Shown here: piece after piece, positions 9,539 to 20,234 of the stretch
How positions within the stretch are numbered: position 1 is the first letter of the stretch
Layout: each line of letters opens with the position of its first letter
IMG/VR virus record: IMGVR_UViG_3300025769_012879
Location: 64,001-128,000 of that record
DNA from: a virus
Reading direction: 5' to 3' (one strand)
Length of the DNA stretch: 64,000 nucleotides
Program-made: the position numbers and the translations under genes
Notes under the pieces: model-generated
Seen by the model: only the letters and a program-made list of their open reading frames with translations
Told to the model about the DNA's origin: nothing
Databases searched by the model: none

Positions 9539-12500
9539 GATTTGCACACATAGCAGACACACACATAAAAAATTTAAAATATCATAAAGAGTATAAAGCA
9601 GTATTCAAGCAACTTTATGCTTCTTTGAAAGAACGGGAAGTGGATTACATTATCCACTGTGGCGATATCGCACACACAAAGACCCAAATCTCACCAGAGT
9701 TCGTTGAGTTATGCTCCGACTTCCTGAAGAATTTGGGAGATATTGCCCCCACATACATTATTTTAGGAAACCATGATGGCAACCTACGAAACTCTTATCG
9801 TCAGGATGCTATTACTCCTATTGTGGATGCTTTGAATCATCCAAACTTACATCTACTCAAAGATGCTGGCGAGACACACTTAGATGATAAGTTTTGTCTA
9901 AATGTTTTATCAGTGTTCGATGAAGAAAATTGGGTCAAACCAACTGACCCAGATAAAATTAACATAGGACTTTACCATGGTGCGATTAAATATAGCCGAA
10001 CCGACATTGGATTCGTTATGGAGCACGGAGAGCACAGCATTTCTATTTTTGATGATTGTGACTATGCTATGCTTGGGGATATCCATAAAACTCAAATCTT
10101 AAATAAGGAAGGCACAATCGCTTATGCTGGTTCTACAATTCAGCAAAACTTTGGTGAGACAGACGATAAGGGTATGTTCATCTGGGATATTCAGTCCAAA
10201 ACTGAATTCAGCAGAGAAAAAATTAATTTTGTAAATCCAAAACCATTTATTACAATCCGTCTAACAAAGACGGGTAGAATTCCAAAAGGTTTTAAATGTC
10301 CAGATGGTGCAAGACTACGATTAGTAGCAGATACAAACATACCTCTAGAGCGCCTCAGAAGGGCAGTAGACATCGCAAAACATCGTTTTAAACCCGAGAG
10401 TATTACTTTCCTTAATAAAGCGAACAGCGGCGATTTGTCGGTGGAAAATAGTGTTGACACAGAATTGTTTGAAAACTTACGCGATGAGAAGACACAGCAA
10501 GATCTAATTAAAGAGTACCTTAAAGACTATAATGTCGGGGAGGACACACTGAATGAAGTTTTCGCTCTTAACTCAAAGTACAACAAGGTTGTTGAGGAGA
10601 GCGAAGACATTTCTAGAAACGTCCACTGGCGCATTAAGAAGTTTAGTTGGGACAATCTATTCAATTATGGTGAGGGCAACTCTATTGACTTTGATAAGTT
10701 GTCTGGCACTGTTGGAATCTTTGGTAAGAATTACAGCGGAAAGTCTAGCGTCATTGATGCTTTACTTTACACAATTTATAATAATACTTCTAAAAATATT
10801 CGAAAGACTTACAACATTATCAACCAAAACAAAGATTATGGATCTGGTTTGGTGGAGATTGAGGCTAACAATAAAACTTATCAAATCACCCGCAGGTCCG
10901 ATAAATATGTTAAGAAACTTAAGGGCAAGACTACAAATGAAGCAAAGACCCAAGCAGACTTTGATTATGTGGACCAGGTATCAGGAGAGATTGGTTCACT
11001 CAATCAGACGGCACGAGGTGGAACAGACAAAGCAATCCGAAACGTCTTCGGAGATTTAGACGACTTCCTAAACACATCTATGTCTTCTCAGTTGGGAGCA
11101 TTAGGATTTATCAACGAGGGATCAACCCGCCGTAAAGAAATTTTAGCAAAGTTCCTTGACTTAGAGTTCTTTGAGAAGAAGTTTAAGTTAGCAAAGGAAG
11201 ATGCTGCTGATTTACGAGGAGCGCTTCGCAGGGTTCAAGATGTTGATTATGATGAAGATATCAAGAAGACTAAGAACGACATCTTTAGAGCAGGTGCAGC
11301 AGTAGCAAGACAAAAGAACTTATGCACGGAACTAAAGCAAAACTTAAGTTCTGTGATTGAAGAGATCGCTGAGTTAGAAAATAAACTTACTCAGATTCCA
11401 GAGGATCCAATCTCTATTCGTCAGGTTCGTCAGGACTTAGAACGATTGAATCATAACGAGAAATCTTTCAAGGAGAAGATTAACTCTCTAAATAAGGAGA
11501 TCAAAGATAAGGAAGAGTTTTTAGAGAAGGCAGATGCTTTATTAGAGACAATTGATATTCTAAATCTCAACAAGCAAAAGGAAGAAGCGGACGGACTACA
11601 AGATAAGATTGATTCTCTTTTGAGAGAGCAACAAAGGAAAGAAAAGGAAAAGGAAACGAGTCTACGTCAGATCGAGATTCTAACAGACATCCCTTGTGGA
11701 GATAAGTTCTTAACTTCTTGTAAGTTCATCAAAGATGCTCATAATGCAAAGCAGGATCTTTCTATCACAAAGAAGGTTTTGTCTGAGGTTGAAGACAAGT
11801 TAAAACTAAATGCTGGTGAATTATCTAACATTGACGTTGAGAAGGTCGGCAGCACTATCAATAACTGGACTCGATTAACTGAGAAGAGAAAGGATGAGCA
11901 ATCTAAGTTAACCAATCTAAACTTGGACCTAGAGCGGACTAACTCTGCCTTACAGAAGTTAGAGGGCGAGATTAAAGAGTTAAACGAGACAGCCGATTAC
12001 TACGAAGAACACAAAGAGGTTCTTGAGAATATCGAAAAGGTTATGTCGGAGTTAGAACTTGCAAAGACAAACAAAGAGAGAACAGAGCAGGAACTACAAG
12101 ATTGTGAAGACCAGATCTACACACTTGTTGGTAAAGAAGGGGCATTAGAGCAGAAACTAGAGAACTTAAAAGACCTCAAGACAGAGAAGAATAGATTAAA
12201 CACAGAATACTCTGCTTACGACCTATTCATGACTTGTATGCACTCTAACGGCATCGCATTTGATGTAATCAAGAAGGCATTGCCAGTAATCAATACGGAG
12301 ATTGCTAAAGTTCTATCTAACATTGTTGAGTTTGAGGTGTTCTTTGAGAATAGTGAGAATAAACTAAACATTCTAATTAAGCATCCAAAGCATGACCCAC
12401 GACAACTTGAAACTTGTTCAGGTGCAGAGAAGACCCTTGCTGCTGTTGCTATTAGAATTGCTCTACTAAATGTAAGCAATATGCCAAAATCAAATTTATT

Positions 12501-12690
12501 CATACTTGACGAACCAGGAACTGCTTTAGATGCTGAAAACATGGAAGGTTTTGTAAGGATCTTAGATCTTGTAAAAGGATATTTCGATGTTACATTACTA
12601 ATTACTCACATAGAGAGTTTGAAAGATATTGTCGATATGACTATTGAAATCTCTAAAACCGAAGACGGATACGCTTACGTCAATCAATAA
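9535..12690 (+). CDS. fused Mre11/SbcD nuclease - Rad50/SbcC ATPase (T4 gp47-gp46-like)
   Basis: DTH, GD, GNHD and GDIH phosphoesterase motifs, then Walker A GKNYSGKSS, coiled coil, CSGAE signature, Walker B FILDEP and ITH. Confidence 0.92.
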   Translation: MRFAHIADTHIKNLKYHKEYKAVFKQLYASLKEREVDYIIHCGDIAHTKTQISPEFVELCSDFLKNLGDIAPTYIILGNHDGNLRNSYRQDAITPIVDALNHPNLHLLKDAGETHLDDKFCLNVLSVFDEENWVKPTDPDKINIGLYHGAIKYSRTDIGFVMEHGEHSISIFDDCDYAMLGDIHKTQILNKEGTIAYAGSTIQQNFGETDDKGMFIWDIQSKTEFSREKINFVNPKPFITIRLTKTGRIPKGFKCPDGARLRLVADTNIPLERLRRAVDIAKHRFKPESITFLNKANSGDLSVENSVDTELFENLRDEKTQQDLIKEYLKDYNVGEDTLNEVFALNSKYNKVVEESEDISRNVHWRIKKFSWDNLFNYGEGNSIDFDKLSGTVGIFGKNYSGKSSVIDALLYTIYNNTSKNIRKTYNIINQNKDYGSGLVEIEANNKTYQITRRSDKYVKKLKGKTTNEAKTQADFDYVDQVSGEIGSLNQTARGGTDKAIRNVFGDLDDFLNTSMSSQLGALGFINEGSTRRKEILAKFLDLEFFEKKFKLAKEDAADLRGALRRVQDVDYDEDIKKTKNDIFRAGAAVARQKNLCTELKQNLSSVIEEIAELENKLTQIPEDPISIRQVRQDLERLNHNEKSFKEKINSLNKEIKDKEEFLEKADALLETIDILNLNKQKEEADGLQDKIDSLLREQQRKEKEKETSLRQIEILTDIPCGDKFLTSCKFIKDAHNAKQDLSITKKVLSEVEDKLKLNAGELSNIDVEKVGSTINNWTRLTEKRKDEQSKLTNLNLDLERTNSALQKLEGEIKELNETADYYEEHKEVLENIEKVMSELELAKTNKERTEQELQDCEDQIYTLVGKEGALEQKLENLKDLKTEKNRLNTEYSAYDLFMTCMHSNGIAFDVIKKALPVINTEIAKVLSNIVEFEVFFENSENKLNILIKHPKHDPRQLETCSGAEKTLAAVAIRIALLNVSNMPKSNLFILDEPGTALDAENMEGFVRILDLVKGYFDVTLLITHIESLKDIVDMTIEISKTEDGYAYVNQ

Positions 12691-12704
12691 CCAGAGAGGA
12701 TAGA

Positions 12705-12899
12705 ATGGTGGCAGTAGTAAAAGCATTTGCAGATAAACATTTAGAAAGATTCGTATCAAAGAAACTTTTGGTATGGTTAACAACAACAGGTCTACTCCTT
12801 GCCGAGAAGGTAGATTCAGAGCAGTGGATAATAATCGCCACAGCATACGTCGGTACACAGGGATTCGTTGATGTCGTTGCCCGTTTCAAAGGTAAATAA
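12705..12899 (+). CDS. small 2-TM membrane protein (holin-like)
   Basis: Two hydrophobic segments, basic C-terminus, SD GAGG. Confidence 0.5.
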   Translation: MVAVVKAFADKHLERFVSKKLLVWLTTTGLLLAEKVDSEQWIIIATAYVGTQGFVDVVARFKGK

Positions 12900-12902
12900 A
12901 CA

Positions 12903-13577
12903 ATGAAAAGTATGAAACTCATAATGGAGAACTTTAATAAGTTCTTAGCAGAGCAAGTAGATTTAGACAAAGCACAAGAACTTATTGACGCGAACCCTTA
13001 TCTTAAAGGAAAGTTACAAGCAAGTGAAGACAATATGATCGACAGTGACAAATATGTCCTATTTGTTTCAGAAGATTCACTAGAACATGTAAAAGATAGA
13101 CATATGGATGCCGATGCACCGGGATCTCTATTTAAAGATGATATTGATCTAAAAGATACAATAAAAAATTTATTAAGCAAAGACCCTTCAGAAGAAGCAG
13201 GTGACAGAGTTAAATGGTTGGGTGTTGAAATGGATGAAGATATTGGTGATATGGGTGTTAAATTAGACGATCCTGAAAAAGTCGCTGATATGAAAGATTA
13301 TACAATGCCCGATGGAAGACAGGAAAATGTAAAAATTACTGCTGGCGAAAGAGACTCCACCAACAAAATCACTTTAATTACATCAGAGTTGGGTGAATTA
13401 GACGACAAAAAAGTTTTATCTTTGATTACCGCTTTTCCAGGTGGGACTGATATAGACGGCAAAGAAATGCCAATGGATAGAAATCAGTTTGCTGAGGAAG
13501 GTTTTTACTTTGTTTTACCAGAAGGTAGTCCATTGTTGACTGATGAAGAACCAGCAGATACCGAAGAAGAGGCATAA
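12903..13577 (+). CDS. putative internal head protein with a possible BECR/EndoU-like RNase motif
   Basis: Leader MKLIMENFNKFLAE; LEHVKDRH...GSLF...LITAFP. Confidence 0.5.
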   Translation: MKSMKLIMENFNKFLAEQVDLDKAQELIDANPYLKGKLQASEDNMIDSDKYVLFVSEDSLEHVKDRHMDADAPGSLFKDDIDLKDTIKNLLSKDPSEEAGDRVKWLGVEMDEDIGDMGVKLDDPEKVADMKDYTMPDGRQENVKITAGERDSTNKITLITSELGELDDKKVLSLITAFPGGTDIDGKEMPMDRNQFAEEGFYFVLPEGSPLLTDEEPADTEEEA

Positions 13578-13981
13578 TGAACTGGTTAATCACCAAACAA
13601 ATCCTCCAAAAAGTTTGGTTTTACATTAAAAATTATTGGTGGGTTGGAGCACTAATCGCATTAGGTTTTGTGCTCCACAAGTTTTTTCTATTTGATAAAG
13701 ATGTTTTAGGTGGTCTTTACGAAGAGAAGGCAAAACAAAACGAAAAAGAATTAAAAGTTATAAACGAAACTCACAAGCACGAAAGAGTAGAGAAAGAAAG
13801 AGCAACTGAAGATTTTAAGGTTGCTGTGGAAGCACTTGAAGAAGAACGAAAACAAGCAGGCGAAAAAGTCAAGAAAGAAGAGAAGAAAAGAATCAAAGAA
13901 ATCGTTGCTATGCCTGAAGAGGAAAGAGTGTCTGCTCTTGCTGATGAGTTTGGTTTAGAGATTGTTGAGGTCGAAGAATGA
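13577..13981 (+). CDS. N-terminal TM + coiled-coil protein (i-spanin-like)
   Basis: WWVGALIALGFVL TM segment followed by a charged helical region. Confidence 0.5.
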   Translation: MNWLITKQILQKVWFYIKNYWWVGALIALGFVLHKFFLFDKDVLGGLYEEKAKQNEKELKVINETHKHERVEKERATEDFKVAVEALEEERKQAGEKVKKEEKKRIKEIVAMPEEERVSALADEFGLEIVEVEE

Positions 13982-14415
13982 GAATCACAGCAATCATTTT
14001 ACTAATAATTCTTTTACCAGCACTCTGTTTTGCTAATGGTAAAGTAGCAGCAATAAAGAAAGGGCAGAAAGCACCTTTCGACGGCATCTTACTAGATAAG
14101 AAAGCAGAAGCAACCATAACTGTCAAAAGAGAATCGGCAGTTAAAATCTGCGAGATCGATAAGAACTACACGATTAAAAAATTAAAATCAGAGTGCGACT
14201 TTAATAAAAGAATCCTAACAATAGAAAAGGATTCAGATAAGAAAAAGCACAACGCTCTAATGAACCTCAAGAATGCCGAAGTTAAAAGATTAGAGATTGC
14301 CCTTAAAAAATCACAGAAACCAGATTATAGTAGATTATGGTTTGTTGGCGGTTTTGTAGCCGGTGTGGGTTTGTCCATCGGCATCTTCTATGCCGCCGCA
14401 CAGGCGAGTAAATGA
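13978..14415 (+). CDS. signal peptide + coiled coil + C-terminal TM protein (spanin-partner candidate)
   Basis: MRITAIILLIILLPALCFA signal; Gly-rich C-terminal TM LWFVGGFVAGVGLSIGIF. Confidence 0.45.
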   Translation: MRITAIILLIILLPALCFANGKVAAIKKGQKAPFDGILLDKKAEATITVKRESAVKICEIDKNYTIKKLKSECDFNKRILTIEKDSDKKKHNALMNLKNAEVKRLEIALKKSQKPDYSRLWFVGGFVAGVGLSIGIFYAAAQASK

Positions 14416-14780
14416 AAAAAGACCTAAACTACATCGCTGGATTAGAGAAGGCAATAAAACAAAAGTACGGTGAGGAAGCAGTTCAGAGTCCCTCTTCTAA
14501 TTGGACGCCGGAAAAAGAAAAAGAATACCTTCAACAACTAAAAGAAAATAAGATTAAAGAATTGTCTGCCGATCGCGTTGAAGAGCGTGAGGGGTTTTTA
14601 TTTTCTGCAAAACTAATTAAGAAGGATAGTAAGAATGTTTGTGATGTATGCTCAAATATTCTAAAACAGCAGGACATGCTGTACGAAACAAAATACGAAT
14701 GCTGTCGGAACTGTTATATACAATATGTAGAAGGCAGGGAAGAGAGATGGAAACAAGGTTGGAGACCAGATAATGTCTAA
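14412..14780 (+). CDS. hypothetical Zn-binding protein
   Basis: CDVC...CCRNC; ATGA overlap with the upstream gene. Confidence 0.6.
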   Translation: MKKDLNYIAGLEKAIKQKYGEEAVQSPSSNWTPEKEKEYLQQLKENKIKELSADRVEEREGFLFSAKLIKKDSKNVCDVCSNILKQQDMLYETKYECCRNCYIQYVEGREERWKQGWRPDNV

Positions 14781-15264
14781 AGAAGCACTAGAAGTCCTAA
14801 GAGGAATTAGTCAAGCAATGGGTTATGCTTATGATGGCGGCGAAAAAATTGGATTACGCCGCGATGAAAAAGATATGATGCTACAATCCAGAGATGGTTG
14901 TATGGATGGTTTTGGCGTAAAGATGGCAGGCAATAAACTAATTGTCAATTACCACTCAGAAGCACCAATGCCAGAGGTACACAAGAAAGGACCAAGCGCT
15001 TTTGAGGCAGAAGTCGAGCAGAGATTTGCCAATATTGTTAAGTTTCTTAAGAAGCAGTATAAAAATGCAACAGGTAAGACCTTATCTCTAAATCCAGACG
15101 GTGATGCTGACGTTCTTTTACAGTACATGAATCGCAAGAGAAGTTGGATCCAAGCAACAAAGGTATACACTATTGGCGGTTTAGGTTCGGGTGTTGTTGA
15201 ACCAGAGAAGAAACCATTCGATCCAATTAGAGATTTCTTAAAGACACATAAATACGGGAAGTAA
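14773..15264 (+). CDS. hypothetical protein upstream of terminase
   Basis: SD GGAG; coupled to terL. Confidence 0.65.
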   Translation: MSKEALEVLRGISQAMGYAYDGGEKIGLRRDEKDMMLQSRDGCMDGFGVKMAGNKLIVNYHSEAPMPEVHKKGPSAFEAEVEQRFANIVKFLKKQYKNATGKTLSLNPDGDADVLLQYMNRKRSWIQATKVYTIGGLGSGVVEPEKKPFDPIRDFLKTHKYGK

Positions 15265-16853
15265 TGGCGCGTGGTTTAACCAAGACGCAGATAAAGAAAG
15301 AGATTATCGCCTGCGGTAAAGACCCAAACTACTTTATCAACAATTACGGAAAGATTGCTCACCCAATGAAGGGAACAATTCCCTTCTCTATGTATCCTTT
15401 CCAAAAAGATGTTGTAAAAGATTTTCAAGATAATCGTTTCAATATTATTCTAAAGGCAAGACAGTTGGGTCTCTCAACTGTTTCTGCTGTTTATATTGCG
15501 TGGTTTGTTCTATTCCATAAGAATAAAAATGTTGTCGTAATGGCAACCAAACTATCAACCGCTGCAAACTTGGTTAGAAAGGTAAAGTTTGCTCTAAAAG
15601 CAATTCCTGAGTGGATGAAACTAACAGAGTTGGTAATTGATAACAAAAACTCTTTTGAGTTGTCCAATGGTTCACAAGTAAAAGCAATTTCAACATCAGG
15701 CGATGCTGGTCGTTCAGAAGCACTTTCTTTGCTTGTTATTGATGAGGCAGCGATCATTGAAGGTCTTGACGACTTGTGGGCAGGTTTGTATCCTACTCTA
15801 TCAACTGGTGGTGATTGCATTATTATCTCAACTCCAAAGGGTGTTGGTAACCTTTATCACAAACTATATTCAGAAGCGGAGCAAGGTCTAAACGATTTTA
15901 ATCCAATCAGTTTGCCATGGCATGTCCACCCAGACAGAGATCAAGCGTGGTTTGAAAAAGAAACTCGCAACATGTCTGCAAGAGAGATTGCACAGGAGTT
16001 AGAGTGTAACTTTAACATGTCCGGTGACACTCTCATCAATGGTAAGGATTTAGTTCGTATTGAAAATGAAGAATTGTTAGAACCAGAATACAAAACTGGA
16101 TTTGATCGCAACCTGTGGATTTGGAAAAATGCAGAGGAAGGTAAAAAATATTTCATGGTTGCTGACGTTGCCCGTGGTGATGGTAAAGATAACTCTACCT
16201 TCTATGTGTTTGAATCCGATACTATGGAGATTTGCTGTGAATATCAAGGCAAATTACCACTTGATAGTTTTGCACGTATAATTTATGACACATCAAAGAG
16301 TTATGGTATGTGCATGACTGTTGTAGAGAATAACTCAGTTGGTATGACCGTATTAACAAAATTAAAAGATTACGGTCACCCAAACATTTACCACTCAAAG
16401 AAGTCAACACACGAGTATGTTGAGACATCTTACACAGAACAAACATCTGTGATTGCTGGTTTTTCCACCACAGTTAAAACCAGACCTATGATTATCGCTA
16501 AATTAGAAGAGTTTATTCGTAATAAGGTATTAAAGATTAGATCAAAAAGATTGTTTAACGAATTAAAAACATTTATTTGGAATAATGGCAAAGCAGAAGC
16601 GATGCGTTCATATAATGATGACTTAGTTATGGCGTGTGCTATTGGATGTTGGGTAAGAGATACAGCATTAACTGCAAATCAACAAGAAATAGAGTATAAA
16701 AAATCTATGCTTTCTGCTATAATGACAAGCAATAAGTCATTAGATACTAGAATTGTTGGGATGGAAAGGAATCAGCAAGATAATTATATCTATGGTGGCA
16801 ACGCAAAACAAAAAACAGTAAAGATACATAAACTACCGTTTTTTATGAAATAG
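15264..16853 (+). CDS. terL: terminase large subunit (T4 gp17-like)
   Basis: KARQLGLS Walker A, LLVIDEAA Walker B, ISTPKG; nuclease motifs ADVARG and NDDLVMA. Confidence 0.95.
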   Translation: MARGLTKTQIKKEIIACGKDPNYFINNYGKIAHPMKGTIPFSMYPFQKDVVKDFQDNRFNIILKARQLGLSTVSAVYIAWFVLFHKNKNVVVMATKLSTAANLVRKVKFALKAIPEWMKLTELVIDNKNSFELSNGSQVKAISTSGDAGRSEALSLLVIDEAAIIEGLDDLWAGLYPTLSTGGDCIIISTPKGVGNLYHKLYSEAEQGLNDFNPISLPWHVHPDRDQAWFEKETRNMSAREIAQELECNFNMSGDTLINGKDLVRIENEELLEPEYKTGFDRNLWIWKNAEEGKKYFMVADVARGDGKDNSTFYVFESDTMEICCEYQGKLPLDSFARIIYDTSKSYGMCMTVVENNSVGMTVLTKLKDYGHPNIYHSKKSTHEYVETSYTEQTSVIAGFSTTVKTRPMIIAKLEEFIRNKVLKIRSKRLFNELKTFIWNNGKAEAMRSYNDDLVMACAIGCWVRDTALTANQQEIEYKKSMLSAIMTSNKSLDTRIVGMERNQQDNYIYGGNAKQKTVKIHKLPFFMK

Positions 16854-16863
16854 GAACTGACCA

Positions 16864-18843
16864 ATGGCAGACAATAAAAACAATCCAAGAAATCCAAACA
16901 GTCCTCTGTTCCAAAGACTAACAAGACTATTTTCCGGTCCAATTGTAAACTACAGAGCACAACAAGTAAGAAATAATCGAAAGTATTCAGTAGACAAGTA
17001 TGGATCTAAATTTAGATCAGTGGGCGGTCAGTCATTTAAAAGAAAGTCATACAATCCATACGAATCAATCTCAACTGCGATGATGAACAACTATAATCGC
17101 GTTGAAAGGTACGCTGACTTTGATCAGATGGAATTTATGCCCGAGTTAGCATCTGCTTTAGATATTTATGCTGATGAAATCACAACACATTCTGAATTTC
17201 ATAGATCATTAATTATTGACTGTCAAAATGAAGAAATTAAAGATATATTAGAAACACTGTTTCACAAAGTTTTAAATATTGATGCTAACCTTTTTGGTTG
17301 GGTGCGCTCCATGTGCAAATACGGTGATTTCTTTGGATATCTAGATATTGATGAGGAAATTGGTATCAAGTCATTTATTGGTCTCCCAGTAAGTGAAATT
17401 GAGAGAATGGAAGGCACTGATCAATCTAATCCAAATTACGTTCAATACCAATGGAATACAGGTGGGTTAACATTTGAAAATTGGCAGATGGCGCACTTTA
17501 GAGTTTTAGGTAATGATAAGTATGTCCCATACGGTACATCTGTTTTAGATCCAGGTCGTAGAATCTGGAGGCAATTAACTCTTCTTGAAGATGCTATGAT
17601 TGCGTACAGAGTTGTTCGCTCGCCATCAAGAAAACAATTTAAAATTGATGTTGGTGGTATTCCACCAGAAGAAGTAGAGCAATACATGCAGAAAATCATC
17701 ACTATGATGAAGCGCCACCAAGTTGTTGATGATACAAGTGGTAGAGTTGATTTACGTTACAATCCACTATCAATTGAAGAGGACTATTACATCCCAACAA
17801 GGAATGGACAAGCATCAGTAGATATTAGTCAAGTTCAAGGCGATACTTGGGGAACTGCTATTGATGATATCAAATACCTACAAAACAAGTTGTTCGCTGC
17901 AATTAAAATTCCAATGTCTTACTTGATTCGAGGTGAAGGTGGAACTGAAGAACAAGCAGCACTTTCTCAAAAAGATATTAGGTTTGCAAGAACAATTCAA
18001 AGAATTCAGAGGGCAGTTGTTGCAGAATTAGATAAAATGGCAACAATTCACTTGTACACTCTTGGTTACAGAGGAAATGATTTAATAAACTTTAATATAA
18101 AGTTGCACAACCCATCCAGAATCGCTTCTATGCAGGAATTAGAAACTTTGAAGAGTAAACTAGAGATTGCTTCAACTGCAAGGTCTGACGTGTATAGCAA
18201 CCGCTGGATTGCAAAAAATATTTTAGGCATATCAGAACAGGAACTAATCAGAAACACAAGAGAGAAATTCCACGATAAGCAGATAGAAACAGCATTGGCA
18301 AAGATTGCAACCGAACAAGGTGAAGGACTTGCTGCTGAAACATTGACCGGTGGTGGATTCGGCGGTGTTGGTGATATTGGACTAGGAGGCGATACTGAGG
18401 TTGGTGGAGAAATTGCTGCCCCCGAAACTGAAGTTACTGCTGGTTTAGAAACCGCACCAGAACCTGCTGCACCAGAACCTGCTACTCCAGCACCCGAACC
18501 AGAAGCAGGCGGCGGTGAAGACGTTCTATTAGCAACTCCAGAAGGTGGTGGCAAGAAACCAGATAAACCAGCAGCAATTTATACAGAATACGAAGATGGT
18601 TCCCACACGACCAAAGGTTCTAAAGGAAAAAAGTATTGGTCTGTTAAACATGACAAGCGAGAGAAAGCAGGTCGTAAAGAGTCCTGGGGTGCAACTAAAC
18701 AAAGAAAACCACGCGATATTAATAAGGCATTATCAATAGGTACGCTTGTTAAAGAAAACAAATCTAATTATAGTGAAGAGTTTGAAAATAAAATGTCTTC
18801 ATTGAATGAGGAAATGGATAGAATACTATCAGAGGATTTATAG
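16864..18843 (+). CDS. portal protein (T4 gp20-like)
   Basis: LLEDAMIAYRVVRSP, EEDYYIP, DDIKYLQNKLFAAIKIP, DIRFARTIQRIQ; long Pro/Ala/Gly C-terminal tail. Confidence 0.93.
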   Translation: MADNKNNPRNPNSPLFQRLTRLFSGPIVNYRAQQVRNNRKYSVDKYGSKFRSVGGQSFKRKSYNPYESISTAMMNNYNRVERYADFDQMEFMPELASALDIYADEITTHSEFHRSLIIDCQNEEIKDILETLFHKVLNIDANLFGWVRSMCKYGDFFGYLDIDEEIGIKSFIGLPVSEIERMEGTDQSNPNYVQYQWNTGGLTFENWQMAHFRVLGNDKYVPYGTSVLDPGRRIWRQLTLLEDAMIAYRVVRSPSRKQFKIDVGGIPPEEVEQYMQKIITMMKRHQVVDDTSGRVDLRYNPLSIEEDYYIPTRNGQASVDISQVQGDTWGTAIDDIKYLQNKLFAAIKIPMSYLIRGEGGTEEQAALSQKDIRFARTIQRIQRAVVAELDKMATIHLYTLGYRGNDLINFNIKLHNPSRIASMQELETLKSKLEIASTARSDVYSNRWIAKNILGISEQELIRNTREKFHDKQIETALAKIATEQGEGLAAETLTGGGFGGVGDIGLGGDTEVGGEIAAPETEVTAGLETAPEPAAPEPATPAPEPEAGGGEDVLLATPEGGGKKPDKPAAIYTEYEDGSHTTKGSKGKKYWSVKHDKREKAGRKESWGATKQRKPRDINKALSIGTLVKENKSNYSEEFENKMSSLNEEMDRILSEDL

Positions 18844-18844
18844 A

Positions 18845-19642
18845 ATGAATCATAATAAGAGAAGAAATACTGCATTTTTATATGAGGCACTAGTCAGAGA
18901 ATTGACTAAAAGCGTTGTTGCAAAAGATAATGAAAGAAAATCTGCTGTAATGGCAGTAATAAAAGAGTTCTTTAACAACAACAGTGTGTTAAAGCAAGAT
19001 TTAAATCTTTACAAAGAGATTGTAGAAACACGCGGAACAACTAAAGACGCAGCAGAGAAGATTATTGGATACGTTCGTAAAGAACGTGAGAGATTAAATG
19101 CTGAAAAGTTGTTTGAAGCACAGACACGTCTTATCAATAAGATTCACAACAACTTGAGTGAAGATGTATTTTCTAACTTCGTGCCAAACTATAAAGCATT
19201 AGCAAGCGTTTATCAAATGTTTTCACCAAACACAAAGATTAAAAACAAAGTTCTAATGGAAAATGTTGTTGTTCAATACATGTCTTCACTTCCTCAACAA
19301 CTAAATGAAGAAAAAAAGATTAATAATGCAACAATGAGAATCTTCTCTTCTAAATTTAACAATCACTACAATGAACTTCTAGAGGAACAAAGAGTCTTAT
19401 TGTCAAAGTATATCTCATCATTTGCAGACAATGGTCTTGAATTAAAGATGTACCTTAATGATGAATTGACAAGAATTAAAGAGGCAATTGGTAACGCAAA
19501 GTTTGAAGGCGAATTGCAGGAAAAAATTAATAAAGTGTCTTCTGTAATTGATGGATTTAAGGGCGAGTTAATCAATGAAGATATGCTTAAGCAAATTATG
19601 AAAATGCAACAACTTGTGAGTGAGATTGGAAACAATGATTAG
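18845..19642 (+). CDS. conserved hypothetical head-module protein
   Basis: Likely start ATG 18845 (MNHNKRRNTAFLYE) directly after the portal stop. Confidence 0.7.
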   Translation: MNHNKRRNTAFLYEALVRELTKSVVAKDNERKSAVMAVIKEFFNNNSVLKQDLNLYKEIVETRGTTKDAAEKIIGYVRKERERLNAEKLFEAQTRLINKIHNNLSEDVFSNFVPNYKALASVYQMFSPNTKIKNKVLMENVVVQYMSSLPQQLNEEKKINNATMRIFSSKFNNHYNELLEEQRVLLSKYISSFADNGLELKMYLNDELTRIKEAIGNAKFEGELQEKINKVSSVIDGFKGELINEDMLKQIMKMQQLVSEIGNND

Positions 19643-20234
19643 TATTGATGAAATCAAAGTTAAGATTGATGAGGAAAAACCAGATAAGATTACTATATCT
19701 GTTGTTGAACCACAACCAACATCAATTGATGTAAGTGTTGAACCCATTCCATCACAACCAATTTCATTAGATATTCGACGAACATTAGATAATAATTACA
19801 TTATTTATGATCACCCACTTTTTGATATTGTAATCAATCCAGACAAAAAGAAGATCATGACTTTTGTGAAAAAATTCTCTAAGACAGAAGCGTACCCTCA
19901 CCAAGATTCATTTTTTAATTTTTTAAAGCATAGGGGTGTTATTTTGCCCGACACTGTTAAGGGTGGAAATATTTTTGGCAGCATTGAAGCAACTTATCCA
20001 GCAAATAAAAAAATTGATGTCATTAAAGTAGTTCTTTTAAATATTTTTATGTTCTTTAGAGAAGAGTTACCAGCGCTTAAGAAAGTGCTTGATTATGATT
20101 TTGAAGTTGATAAAATGCTTGTAGACCCAGACGCAGAGGACAGCACAGAATACGGCGAAGTCCCACAGCAGAAAAAGAAAGGTACAATGGATCCTTTCTA
20201 TACACAATACTACGGTTTACTTTACAGGATATAA
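19635..20234 (+). CDS. hypothetical protein
   Basis: ATG 19635 overlaps the end of the upstream gene. Confidence 0.65.
   Translation: MISIDEIKVKIDEEKPDKITISVVEPQPTSIDVSVEPIPSQPISLDIRRTLDNNYIIYDHPLFDIVINPDKKKIMTFVKKFSKTEAYPHQDSFFNFLKHRGVILPDTVKGGNIFGSIEATYPANKKIDVIKVVLLNIFMFFREELPALKKVLDYDFEVDKMLVDPDAEDSTEYGEVPQQKKKGTMDPFYTQYYGLLYRI

Noticed and set aside
10553-11059. 168-aa alternative-frame ORF inside the Mre11-Rad50 gene
   Set aside because: Off-frame shadow with no recognisable motifs
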